Positions 38,325-47,190 of a stretch of 64,000 nt of DNA are shown here, piece by piece. This DNA is from an uncultured virus (IMG/VR IMGVR_UViG_3300034062_004993) (taxonomy: Duplodnaviria; Heunggongvirae; Uroviricota; Caudoviricetes), in the IMG/VR virus record IMGVR_UViG_3300034062_004993; one strand, written 5' to 3'. The position numbers and the translations under genes are program-made. Each line of letters begins with the position of its first letter. The first letter of the stretch is position 1. Under the pieces are notes generated by a model, which worked only from the letters and a program-made list of their open reading frames with translations, made no database searches and was not told the DNA's origin.

Positions 38325-40226
38325 TTAAACATCGTTATTTAATATGTTTCTTTCATCCAACATATCAAATTTTTGGTTTTTTTCATCGGTATCTGTCAAC
38401 AATGACTCAACTATAATTTTTTTAGTTTTTATTTTTGAATTTTGTAAGCTTGTTTTTAACTGCATCCCTTCAACAGAAAGTGGTGATTTCCTAAATGTAT
38501 GGTATGCTTTTTCAGGTTTTATATCCGTTTCATATCCCATTGCGTTTCTTCCAAAAGAACTATCATCAGTTCCAGCAATACTACCCTCTTCCGGTCTACC
38601 AGCCCCTTCAAATCCACCAGGAGGTGAACCACCTTCATTATCACCAGAAGCAGGTTGCCCTCCCGCTTCTGCCGATTGTTGTGATAATGCTGCCAAATCA
38701 TGCGGAGTTCCAAACGATTCACCAGTCTTAATTGGGTCATTACCCTCAGTTTCAATTTGGGACTGTCTAAATCCTAATTTCAAATCGTTAATAACTTTAA
38801 CCTGTTCTGCTTTCCACTCATCATCGGACATGTTAAATATATTTTTATATACCCATTCTTGTGAAAGTAGTTTTGATGTTTTTATATCCGATGCCAATCG
38901 CACATTTTCAATCCAAAGAGCAACCTTTTCTTGCTGATAAATTATTGATGGTGGTGTTAATTCTAAATAGAAGTTAGATAAGGCCTCATTTTCGTATCCC
39001 TGTGCATACAAATGTATGATTGCTATTTTTGTCAATTCGGATAAAACAATTTTTTGTACCCGCTCAATACTCCTAGCAAAACGAATATCTTGTTGAGCAA
39101 GCGTCGCTTTACCCTCTACACCCTCTTCATAACCAATAAATGCTTTTGGAACTTTAAGAGCGGCCTGCATTCGGTTTTTAAGATAATTTATATCCTCAAT
39201 ACCAGTGAATTCCATTCCACCCAAAGTATCAATTTGAGTACCACTTTGACCACCTCTTACGGGTAAATAATAATCTTCTAACATATTTTGTATGTTAAAT
39301 TTAAGATTATAATCACCAGTAGCTTCATCTACATAAGGAACTTTTTTCATTTGGTCTATAATGTTCCTAACATGCTGGTCTACTTCATTTGGTGGTATGT
39401 TACCAACATCAATTTTAAATACCCTTTTTTCAGGAGCACGCATAATACGATGAATTAACATCGCATCTTCCATAAGGGTTAATTGTTTCCAAGTTTTTCT
39501 AGCAGGTTCTAATAAGGAACGACCATAAGGTAAAAAGTTTGTGTCTGAAAATAACCTAAAATGGGCTATTTTATAAAATGGAATATAATTTTGTATATCG
39601 TTGCTAGATTTTTGATAATTAAATCCGGTAGCACCACCACCCATCGTTGTCATTTTAAATCTAACTTCATATGGGTTATCGGAATTAAACCCCTCTTCTC
39701 TTTCAATTTCATATGCTGATATTGGTGATACATTTACAATACCAATACCCTCTTCAATATCTAAGTTAAGATAGTAATCGCCATATTTATTCATCCCTCT
39801 AATCCACGCCCAAAGATTAAATTCTATATTAAGGACATCATAAAAAAGATTTTGTAATATTTTTTTAATATTTTCATCATCCGAATTAATCCTCAATACA
39901 TCCCCAAGATCGTTCTTGAGTGTGCATTCATCCGAGTAAATATCTAAAACGGATGCAATAATTGAATCTTTATCCATCGCCTCATAATCAGTATAAAGTT
40001 CTAACCGATTGGATGAATAATTGTATTGATTATTGTAAGTTTCCCAATTTTGACGAGATGAGTGTAATCTACCAAATCTATCGTAGTAGGAAGTTCCTTT
40101 TATATTACCCTGCGATTGTAATCGTTGTGTATCAATAGCCCTAGTTTTACCCTTACCAATTCTTCTTACTACAACCTGAGTTGAAAAGAGTTTTTGTAAT
40201 CTACCGAATAAAGATTTATCTGCCAT
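38325..40226 (-). CDS. Portal protein (T4 gp20-like)
   Basis: YGRSLLE, LMEDAMLIHRIMRAPEKRVFKIDVGN, EDYYLPVRG, QDIRFAR. Confidence 0.97.
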   Translation of the reverse strand: MADKSLFGRLQKLFSTQVVVRRIGKGKTRAIDTQRLQSQGNIKGTSYYDRFGRLHSSRQNWETYNNQYNYSSNRLELYTDYEAMDKDSIIASVLDIYSDECTLKNDLGDVLRINSDDENIKKILQNLFYDVLNIEFNLWAWIRGMNKYGDYYLNLDIEEGIGIVNVSPISAYEIEREEGFNSDNPYEVRFKMTTMGGGATGFNYQKSSNDIQNYIPFYKIAHFRLFSDTNFLPYGRSLLEPARKTWKQLTLMEDAMLIHRIMRAPEKRVFKIDVGNIPPNEVDQHVRNIIDQMKKVPYVDEATGDYNLKFNIQNMLEDYYLPVRGGQSGTQIDTLGGMEFTGIEDINYLKNRMQAALKVPKAFIGYEEGVEGKATLAQQDIRFARSIERVQKIVLSELTKIAIIHLYAQGYENEALSNFYLELTPPSIIYQQEKVALWIENVRLASDIKTSKLLSQEWVYKNIFNMSDDEWKAEQVKVINDLKLGFRQSQIETEGNDPIKTGESFGTPHDLAALSQQSAEAGGQPASGDNEGGSPPGGFEGAGRPEEGSIAGTDDSSFGRNAMGYETDIKPEKAYHTFRKSPLSVEGMQLKTSLQNSKIKTKKIIVESLLTDTDEKNQKFDMLDERNILNNDV

Positions 40227-40245
40227 AAGTATAAATATAATTTTT

Positions 40246-41829
40246 TTAAAATAACCAACCTAAATCAACATCATTACCACGAATATCTTTCATAATATAT
40301 GGATTTTGGCCTGAGTTTTTACTTGAGAATACCGTTATTTGATTTCCAGATACACGGGTGATACTACTTAAAGCATTTCTTGTTAAGTTCATACCTTGCT
40401 GTCTTAACTTCAATGCGGTATCTCTAACCCAAAGACCTGTAGAAAATGATATAACCAAATCATCATTATATCCCCTTTGTGCCTCTGCTTTTGACCCATT
40501 CCATATAAAAACAAATAACTCATCCAACAATCGTTTAGAGTGAATTATTGGTGATTTTTCTCTCATATAAGTATCTAATTTAGATACTATTAAAGGCCTC
40601 GTTTTTTGTGTCATTGAAAATCCTGGCACCATATCTTCTTTTTGCTTTAAATCCCATCCCCTCCTTAAATGAATATCTTCATCTATATATCCCAACTCCC
40701 TATACGAATAGTAAAGATTTCCATAATTACGGTCAATTACTTCCTGAATAACAGCCCATCCAATATTTGCATTTTCAATCACCAAAAGGGCGTTGTTCCA
40801 TTCTGCTGCTACCGATGATAAGAAAGCACCATATTGTTTTGTTTCTATTTTACCTTTGTATTCCGCCACCTGCTCTAACTGCTCAACATCAATCACATGA
40901 AAAGCAGAATAATCTGCTCCATCTCCCCTTGCAACATCCGCCACAACTATATAATCTTTTGAATAGTTAGGATAATCCCATATCCAATAATTTGCATCAA
41001 ATCCACGCTTCTCAATAGGTTCTGTTACATGCGTTTCTTTATACCACTCCAATACAGAACCATCAACGACTGTGTAACCTGATGAAATAAAATCAGTATC
41101 ACATTCTTGAGCAGCACCCTTTTCCCCCAATAATCTTGTTTGTTCATCTCTCCATCTTTGATTTCTTTCGGGGTGAACCGTCCAGTGTAATCTCGTTGGA
41201 TGCCATTTATCACCAGCTTCTCCCTGCTGCCAAACTTTATGGAAAAAATTACCAACCCCATTTGGTGTTGAAAGAACTATTGCACCACCACCAGTTGAAA
41301 GTGTGGATTGTGCAGATAACCAAATCTCTTCAATACCTTTGATAAATGCGGCCTCATCTATAATCAATAAAGAAAGTGCTTCAGAACGTCCTGCGGTTTC
41401 AGTCGCAGAAACTGCTTTGATTTGAGAACCATTTTTTAATCGAAGTGATAATTTATTATCTTCAGCAGCACCCACCTTTAACCAACTTGGTAGATTATCA
41501 TACATAAATCTAACCTTTGTAACCAAGTTTTTTGCTACATCTTGCGTTGTTGCAATTACAAGAACATTCTTATCTCTATGAAATATCATCAACCAAGTTG
41601 CGTATCCAGCTGAAATAGTTGATATACCTAATTGGCGGGATTTTAGAATAACATTAAATCGGTGGGTTTTAAAAGAATCAATTAAATCTTCTTGGAAATC
41701 ATATAGGTTAAATAATATTTTTCCCCTATGCGGGTGCTGTATGTAACAATATTTTTTAAAAAAATATATTGGGTCTTTCGCACACTTTACATACTCTTCT
41801 GATATTAATTCTTTTAAAGTTTTCGGCAT
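40246..41829 (-). CDS. terL: Terminase large subunit (T4 gp17-like)
   Basis: KSRQLGIST, IIDEAAF, STPNG, ADVARG, DYSAF, NDDLV. Confidence 0.97.
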   Translation of the reverse strand: MPKTLKELISEEYVKCAKDPIYFFKKYCYIQHPHRGKILFNLYDFQEDLIDSFKTHRFNVILKSRQLGISTISAGYATWLMIFHRDKNVLVIATTQDVAKNLVTKVRFMYDNLPSWLKVGAAEDNKLSLRLKNGSQIKAVSATETAGRSEALSLLIIDEAAFIKGIEEIWLSAQSTLSTGGGAIVLSTPNGVGNFFHKVWQQGEAGDKWHPTRLHWTVHPERNQRWRDEQTRLLGEKGAAQECDTDFISSGYTVVDGSVLEWYKETHVTEPIEKRGFDANYWIWDYPNYSKDYIVVADVARGDGADYSAFHVIDVEQLEQVAEYKGKIETKQYGAFLSSVAAEWNNALLVIENANIGWAVIQEVIDRNYGNLYYSYRELGYIDEDIHLRRGWDLKQKEDMVPGFSMTQKTRPLIVSKLDTYMREKSPIIHSKRLLDELFVFIWNGSKAEAQRGYNDDLVISFSTGLWVRDTALKLRQQGMNLTRNALSSITRVSGNQITVFSSKNSGQNPYIMKDIRGNDVDLGWLF

Positions 41830-41838
41830 TGGTTTTTA

Positions 41839-42441
41839 TTATTTACTTATTTTCCAATAAACTTTTCCTGTAAAGTTTGGTACTAAATTATTATCAAAAC
41901 CAATTCCAAGTGCATATGCTTTTTTCTTTTTTGTTTTTAATAATAATTCACCATTTAAAACCATAAAATTTTTATTTGCGGTAATACCTGTTCCCAAATA
42001 AACTTCTCTTTTATTTACTAAAATCGTATTTGTTACAATTTTTGTGGGTATTAAAATATTTGAAATATGCTGCCGTGCTTCAATTTGATTTTTTGAAATA
42101 GTATCTTTCATCACAATATAACCAAATGTATCCACAGCAATTGTATCTTCGTAATAATATTTTGCGTAGTAATCTCTCAAAAGAGACATAGTATCTATTG
42201 GTTCATTTTGATTAATAAAAATACTATCTATATCAACTACAACTTTATCTTTCCATTCTGGGGCATAAACCTCCGATTCAGTATTAATAGTATCGTATTT
42301 ATACTCTATCGTTGTTACTGTATCAATTATGGGTTCGTTATTGAAAATATTCTTAACAAAACCCATAGGTAATTTATCCCTAAGTAAAAATAGGGCGATT
42401 AACAATATTATTACAGATATAATAATTTTAGACAGTTTCAT
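41839..42441 (-). CDS. Membrane-anchored or secreted hypothetical protein
   Basis: N-terminal hydrophobic helix IIISVIILLIALFLL; beta-strand-like C-terminus. Confidence 0.7.
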   Translation of the reverse strand: MKLSKIIISVIILLIALFLLRDKLPMGFVKNIFNNEPIIDTVTTIEYKYDTINTESEVYAPEWKDKVVVDIDSIFINQNEPIDTMSLLRDYYAKYYYEDTIAVDTFGYIVMKDTISKNQIEARQHISNILIPTKIVTNTILVNKREVYLGTGITANKNFMVLNGELLLKTKKKKAYALGIGFDNNLVPNFTGKVYWKISK

Positions 42442-42685
42442 TATTTTTTTTCTGCTTTTTTTGTCTTGATTTATAATTATTTCTTCTTTTTGGTTTTGGT
42501 TTTACTTCTTCTGTTTTCACTTCTGGTGATAATTGACCCACAGATGCTTTTGCAGATGTAAGTGGTTTGATTTGTGTTTTTAATGGTTCTATCTTTACAA
42601 TTTCTAATGTTTCAGGTAAATTTATTATTTTTTTACCCATAAAAAATCGATCGAACGAACTCAATAACTTTTTTAAAATGCTCAT
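42428..42685 (-). CDS. Basic hypothetical protein
   Basis: ORF track; AGGAGG SD and TATTTAT upstream. Confidence 0.65.
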   Translation of the reverse strand: MSILKKLLSSFDRFFMGKKIINLPETLEIVKIEPLKTQIKPLTSAKASVGQLSPEVKTEEVKPKPKRRNNYKSRQKKQKKNNETV

Positions 42686-42726
42686 AACTTTTCCTCCTAT
42701 TATTATAAATACTGATTTTAATTTTA

Positions 42727-43662
42727 TTAAACTAATTTTGATATAAGTTCATTTGCTTTACCTATTAACAAATCATTATATGAACTGTTTGTTATTATTG
42801 GTAGAGCTGCTATTATATCTTTTTTGGATTGAATATACATTTTTGATTTTGGGCTGTTTTCAAACTTTTTTGCGCCCCAAAGATGATAGATTGATTTATT
42901 TAATAACTCCTGTGCTTCTTCGGGTTCACCATCTAAATTAAAAGAATAAAACGATTTATTGGTGTATATAACTGGAACTAATGCTTTTGTTTTTACGTTC
43001 TTAACCCCCTTTGATAATGCGGCTAAAAACCATTGCTCCAATGTAATTTGAGCGGAAGATGCGGCATACATCTTTTTTTTCTCATCTGTCATATTTTTTA
43101 TTTCACCACTCGCACCCAATACAAATTTAAAATACTTAGAAACATATTCTTTTTTAAATTTCTCATTTTTCATACCAACTACCGCACAATTCATTGGAAA
43201 AGAATCTATAAATAGTTGTTTAAGTTTTTCATCCCATCTCCAACTAGATGAATGTTCAATATCTAATGGATTCCCATATGTGAATGGTGATTCTCTATGT
43301 AAATACAATAAATCACAATCATCCATTTCTTTTTTTAGGTTTTTATATAATACCAAATCAGTATCATAAATAACAAAAGGCGCTTTTAATTTAGACATAG
43401 CCCATATTTTAGGGGATGCCCAAAAATTATTAGAAATCATTTCATATGGATAATCATCAAAATAATGGGTAATAACTTTATCGTATAATGGGGTTATATT
43501 CCAATTATCATAAAATTCTTTTGATTTTTTATCGGTAATTAAATAAAGTGGTGTATTTGAATTGTAAATTTTGTGTACTATACACGAATACATTTGAACC
43601 AATAACTCAAAACTTCCAGGCGGTCTATCATCGTTGACCAAAAATACATGATACGCATTCAT
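42727..43662 (-). CDS. Putative glycosyltransferase-like protein (GT-A type DxD; DUF6734-like)
   Basis: FWASPKI, PFVIYDTDL, MNCAVVG, LEQWFL and YHLWG motifs. Confidence 0.55.
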   Translation of the reverse strand: MNAYHVFLVNDDRPPGSFELLVQMYSCIVHKIYNSNTPLYLITDKKSKEFYDNWNITPLYDKVITHYFDDYPYEMISNNFWASPKIWAMSKLKAPFVIYDTDLVLYKNLKKEMDDCDLLYLHRESPFTYGNPLDIEHSSSWRWDEKLKQLFIDSFPMNCAVVGMKNEKFKKEYVSKYFKFVLGASGEIKNMTDEKKKMYAASSAQITLEQWFLAALSKGVKNVKTKALVPVIYTNKSFYSFNLDGEPEEAQELLNKSIYHLWGAKKFENSPKSKMYIQSKKDIIAALPIITNSSYNDLLIGKANELISKLV

Positions 43663-43699
43663 CGAAACTTATTTAGTATAAATATGGATTAAAAAGTAA

Positions 43700-43969
43700 T
43701 TAATCCAATTCTTTTATCATTACTTTTAATGGTGTTTTTCCCTTTAGTATCCTATGATATGTTTCTTTTTGTATGGTAAATACATCCCCAACTTTAAGTT
43801 CTATTGGTAGTTTATTATCAGATTGAAAATACCAACCTTTTCCATCAACTACTTCAACCAATCTTGTTTTTTTATCTCTATGCCATACTAATTCTGAATT
43901 ATCTACATCCGTATCAAAAGACCGGTAGATAATACTTTTAGATTTGGTTTCTGCGTATGGTTTACTCAT
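43700..43969 (-). CDS. Small cupin-fold protein
   Basis: ELVWHRD, GWYFQ and YHRILKG motifs. Confidence 0.65.
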   Translation of the reverse strand: MSKPYAETKSKSIIYRSFDTDVDNSELVWHRDKKTRLVEVVDGKGWYFQSDNKLPIELKVGDVFTIQKETYHRILKGKTPLKVMIKELD

Positions 43970-43970
43970 T

Positions 43971-45728
43971 TTACCAATATGAATTTATATCCTCACCACC
44001 ACCGATTTTAGACCAATGGCGGGGTAAATTACAACTCCAATAACCTGGTGTAGTTTTATCTTTCTTATCAGGACAATTGTGCCTGTCTGAAAATGCTTTT
44101 CTTGCTTCTGGGTTATTTATTTTTGCAGTTAACCCACCCTTTACATCGCCGAAAGTTACTTTTCTAATATTATCACTTTCTGGGTCTTTTACATAAACTA
44201 CATATTTTTTACCTTCACCTGAATTTCTTTTGGGTGAATTTAATTCTACTTCTTGTCCCTGATATTCTGCTTCGGTTAAAATTGGAAAATCTAAAAGAAC
44301 TTTTTTTCCCTCATAAATACCAACCTTACCTAAATCGGAATCTAAAAACCATTCATCGCTTTCATTCATTGGTATAAATTCACCCTTTTTCCAAAGAGTT
44401 CTACATTCATTTACCAACTTAAAGAATTTGGGAGAACCATACCTGTAAATATTTTCTGATATTGGTTTTTTGTTTTTTATGTGATATTGAAGCCCCTCAC
44501 TCAAGTTTTTTTTTACTTCACCCAACGGATTACCATTTACATTTAATTCACCATTTAGGTAATGTTTCGCATTTACCATTAGAGTTTTTGCACTAACAAT
44601 ATCAGATTGCCACCAATGTGGAAAATCAATCTCTTCTTCCGCATTATCAAATTGCCCTAATAATTCATATAATTCTTTTGCATATTTTGCGATACGAAAA
44701 AGGTCTGCTTTTAACATATTTGGTTCATCGTCTTGATGTCCTACATCTATATCCTCTGTCAAACTTTTTAACTTCTTTAACTTTGTTGTTAAATCAGCCA
44801 TATCTTTCAAATGGGCTTTTTGCGCAGGGGTTCTATCACCCTGTGGAATTTTTGTAAACTCCACCGTTTTTTTGGCGTTATCTTTTAATTTTTTTTGGAT
44901 TGATAACATCTCCTTTTTTTGTTTTTCAGTACCCTTTCCCACTTTTTTAACTGAAGAAACCGATGGTTCATCATCATCAACTTCATTTATAACAGGGTAT
45001 TTCTTACCACCAAATTCAAACTCTTTCAATCCTTCTTTTCTTGCTTTAAAAAGTGCCCCAGTAAAAGCATTTCCCTCGTTTACTGATTCTTTTTTCATTT
45101 TTCTTTTTTGTAGAACTAATTGTTGAATTTGTGAAAATATGGATTGTATATCCTTATCTAATTGTTTTTCATCTGCGCTCATTGGTGATTCAATATCTAC
45201 ATTGGAGTAAAGTTTTTTCTTTTTTGCAATTAATACATCCACCTTTTTAATTAAATCATTTTTTACTTTATCCAAATCTTTTATTATATCTTCGGTAGTA
45301 TTTTCTTTTATTACCCCCTCCCGCCTATTCAACAACTTAAACGCAATGGTCTGCATTTTCATAAGTCCTGCGTTTACAAATTGGTCCCTATTCTCCTGTT
45401 TCTTCAATTGGTCATAAACGGATATGATAGCGGATGCTGAGTATGAATCTACTTTCATCTGCTTTCCGGTCTTAGGGTCTTTAACTGATTTATAACCTGA
45501 CCTCATAACATCTCTTAGTTGAGTTATTACCGGCGGTTCATTCTTTGCTTCATTTACTACCCCTTCTTCGGTTTTCCAACCCCCACCAGCTGCTTTGTAT
45601 TGTTTTGCTGCCCAGGCATTGGCGTAGGCACTTGGATATACGTCAAACTTTTTTTTTGCCTGCGATTTATAGTAAGACCATTTTGAAGGGTCGGTTGGAA
45701 CATTCTTTTCTACCAATTGTTTTTTCAT
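43971..45728 (-). CDS. Modular putative head-packaged polyprotein
   Basis: Likely start MKKQLVE. Modules include FDVYPSAYANAW, DVGHQDDEP and a C-terminal RKAFSDRHNC...PGYWSC; linkers VVNE, IKE, KESVNE, VINE, LTE, LSE. Confidence 0.75.
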   Translation of the reverse strand: MKKQLVEKNVPTDPSKWSYYKSQAKKKFDVYPSAYANAWAAKQYKAAGGGWKTEEGVVNEAKNEPPVITQLRDVMRSGYKSVKDPKTGKQMKVDSYSASAIISVYDQLKKQENRDQFVNAGLMKMQTIAFKLLNRREGVIKENTTEDIIKDLDKVKNDLIKKVDVLIAKKKKLYSNVDIESPMSADEKQLDKDIQSIFSQIQQLVLQKRKMKKESVNEGNAFTGALFKARKEGLKEFEFGGKKYPVINEVDDDEPSVSSVKKVGKGTEKQKKEMLSIQKKLKDNAKKTVEFTKIPQGDRTPAQKAHLKDMADLTTKLKKLKSLTEDIDVGHQDDEPNMLKADLFRIAKYAKELYELLGQFDNAEEEIDFPHWWQSDIVSAKTLMVNAKHYLNGELNVNGNPLGEVKKNLSEGLQYHIKNKKPISENIYRYGSPKFFKLVNECRTLWKKGEFIPMNESDEWFLDSDLGKVGIYEGKKVLLDFPILTEAEYQGQEVELNSPKRNSGEGKKYVVYVKDPESDNIRKVTFGDVKGGLTAKINNPEARKAFSDRHNCPDKKDKTTPGYWSCNLPRHWSKIGGGEDINSYW

Positions 45729-45741
45729 AATTAACCTCAAA

Positions 45742-46236
45742 TTATGGTGTATAATTAGATATGTTCATTTTAACAAATGTTTCAATATCTTTTGGTGATA
45801 ATACCTGCTGCATTTCAAATCCAGAAAAAGCCCGCGTACCTAAAAATACAAATCCTTTTGCGGTTTCATAGTTCGCAGGAATATCATCATCAGTATTAAC
45901 AAATTCAGATGGTAAATAAGTTACCAAAGCGTTAAATACCGAATGGTGTGGCCCAATTTCCGGATTTGGTTTTACCGATATCGGTTGATTTCCTATCCTA
46001 AATTTTCTAATCATTAAACCATACCCCTTACCAGGATTTTGGTATCTTCTAAACCAATTATCTTTTTCTAAACGATAAACAGCAGTTTTTCCATCTACCT
46101 TTCTCATAAGAATCAATCTTATCATAGATTCGTTTGGTGGATCGGTTGGCATGTTTCTAAAATCTTTAACACTTGCTTCAGTTAAAACTGATTTTATTGA
46201 TTCTCTAATCAATTTTCTTAATTGGGATTGTTTCAT
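45742..46236 (-). CDS. Hypothetical protein with MKQSQLRKLIRE leader
   Basis: ORF track. Confidence 0.7.
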   Translation of the reverse strand: MKQSQLRKLIRESIKSVLTEASVKDFRNMPTDPPNESMIRLILMRKVDGKTAVYRLEKDNWFRRYQNPGKGYGLMIRKFRIGNQPISVKPNPEIGPHHSVFNALVTYLPSEFVNTDDDIPANYETAKGFVFLGTRAFSGFEMQQVLSPKDIETFVKMNISNYTP

Positions 46237-46240
46237 TTTT

Positions 46241-46585
46241 TTATGCTCCGGTTTTTACATATACAGGCGTTTGCCCTTTTTCTTTTTCATTTCCTTTTTT
46301 GGCATCCCCACCCTTTTTTTGAGCTGCCCGTTTTCTTCTTACAAAACTTGCTATCCCATCCTTACCCAACTTTTGGGCTTTTTCTTTGGATAAGCAAGCA
46401 GAATATGGTTCTCCCTCTTCCGCATCACCACACTTACCAAGTTTTTCACCTGTGGTAGAATATCTATCCCAACCACCACCAGTAGTTGAGCCGGTTTTAC
46501 CCTTGCCAAACCATTTTCTTAAATCTTCTACAATAACTTTTCTTACTGCTGATTTAATTAGGTGCTCAAGTTGTGGTTTCTTCAA
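46241..46585 (-). CDS. Hypothetical protein with LRKWF...WDR...KCG...CL motif
   Basis: Probable TTG start at 46585 with GGAG upstream, giving MKKPQLEHLIKSAVRKVIVE and a shorter overlap than the track ORF. Confidence 0.65.
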   Translation of the reverse strand: MKKPQLEHLIKSAVRKVIVEDLRKWFGKGKTGSTTGGGWDRYSTTGEKLGKCGDAEEGEPYSACLSKEKAQKLGKDGIASFVRRKRAAQKKGGDAKKGNEKEKGQTPVYVKTGA

Positions 46586-47168
46586 GTTCTTTCTCCAATT
46601 TTCCAATATAATCAACTCGTAACTTTTCAAAATCAGTATCTACTTTTGATAGAACATCTTCTATATTAACTCCATTCCATTCTTCAACCGAACCATTTTC
46701 GTTGATGAACTTCATTTTTAACGCAACTTTAAGGGCCTCTTTTTCAAATTGAGCCTGCTTTAACCATGCTTTCGCATTCTCAAGCATTTTTCTTTTTTCA
46801 TATCTATCATACTCTCCACTTATTCTTAGTTTTGATTCCATACTTAATACACAATCAAAACACATGCCGTGAAAAGCACGCATTTTTTCATCCAATCTTT
46901 TTGGGTTTTTACAGTCGCAAATTTCCTTCATACAATTAGGAAACTTTCTCAAGTCCTCCCTTAATTGATGAAGCTTGCCGAGCTTTACTTTATATCCGGC
47001 TTTTTGCTCCCACATATCCCCATTCTCATCTTCCCATTGTTCACCAACTGAACGACGAACATAAGTAGGTGAGTTTTCAAAACCAACGGTTGTTTTTGTT
47101 TGCGTTTTATGAACACCCGCCAACATTTCAGTAACCGCTTTTGTATTTTTTAATTTACTATTTCCCAT
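46566..47168 (-). CDS. Hypothetical protein with Cys motifs
   Basis: CMKEICDC and MCFDC; TATTTAT upstream. Confidence 0.7.
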   Translation of the reverse strand: MGNSKLKNTKAVTEMLAGVHKTQTKTTVGFENSPTYVRRSVGEQWEDENGDMWEQKAGYKVKLGKLHQLREDLRKFPNCMKEICDCKNPKRLDEKMRAFHGMCFDCVLSMESKLRISGEYDRYEKRKMLENAKAWLKQAQFEKEALKVALKMKFINENGSVEEWNGVNIEDVLSKVDTDFEKLRVDYIGKLEKELEETTT

Positions 47169-47190
47169 AACTTTTTATATAAATATATAA

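Noticed and set aside
40246..41829. Intein or intron in terminase, portal or capsid genes
   Set aside because: ORFs are uninterrupted and of ordinary length, with no intein motifs seen
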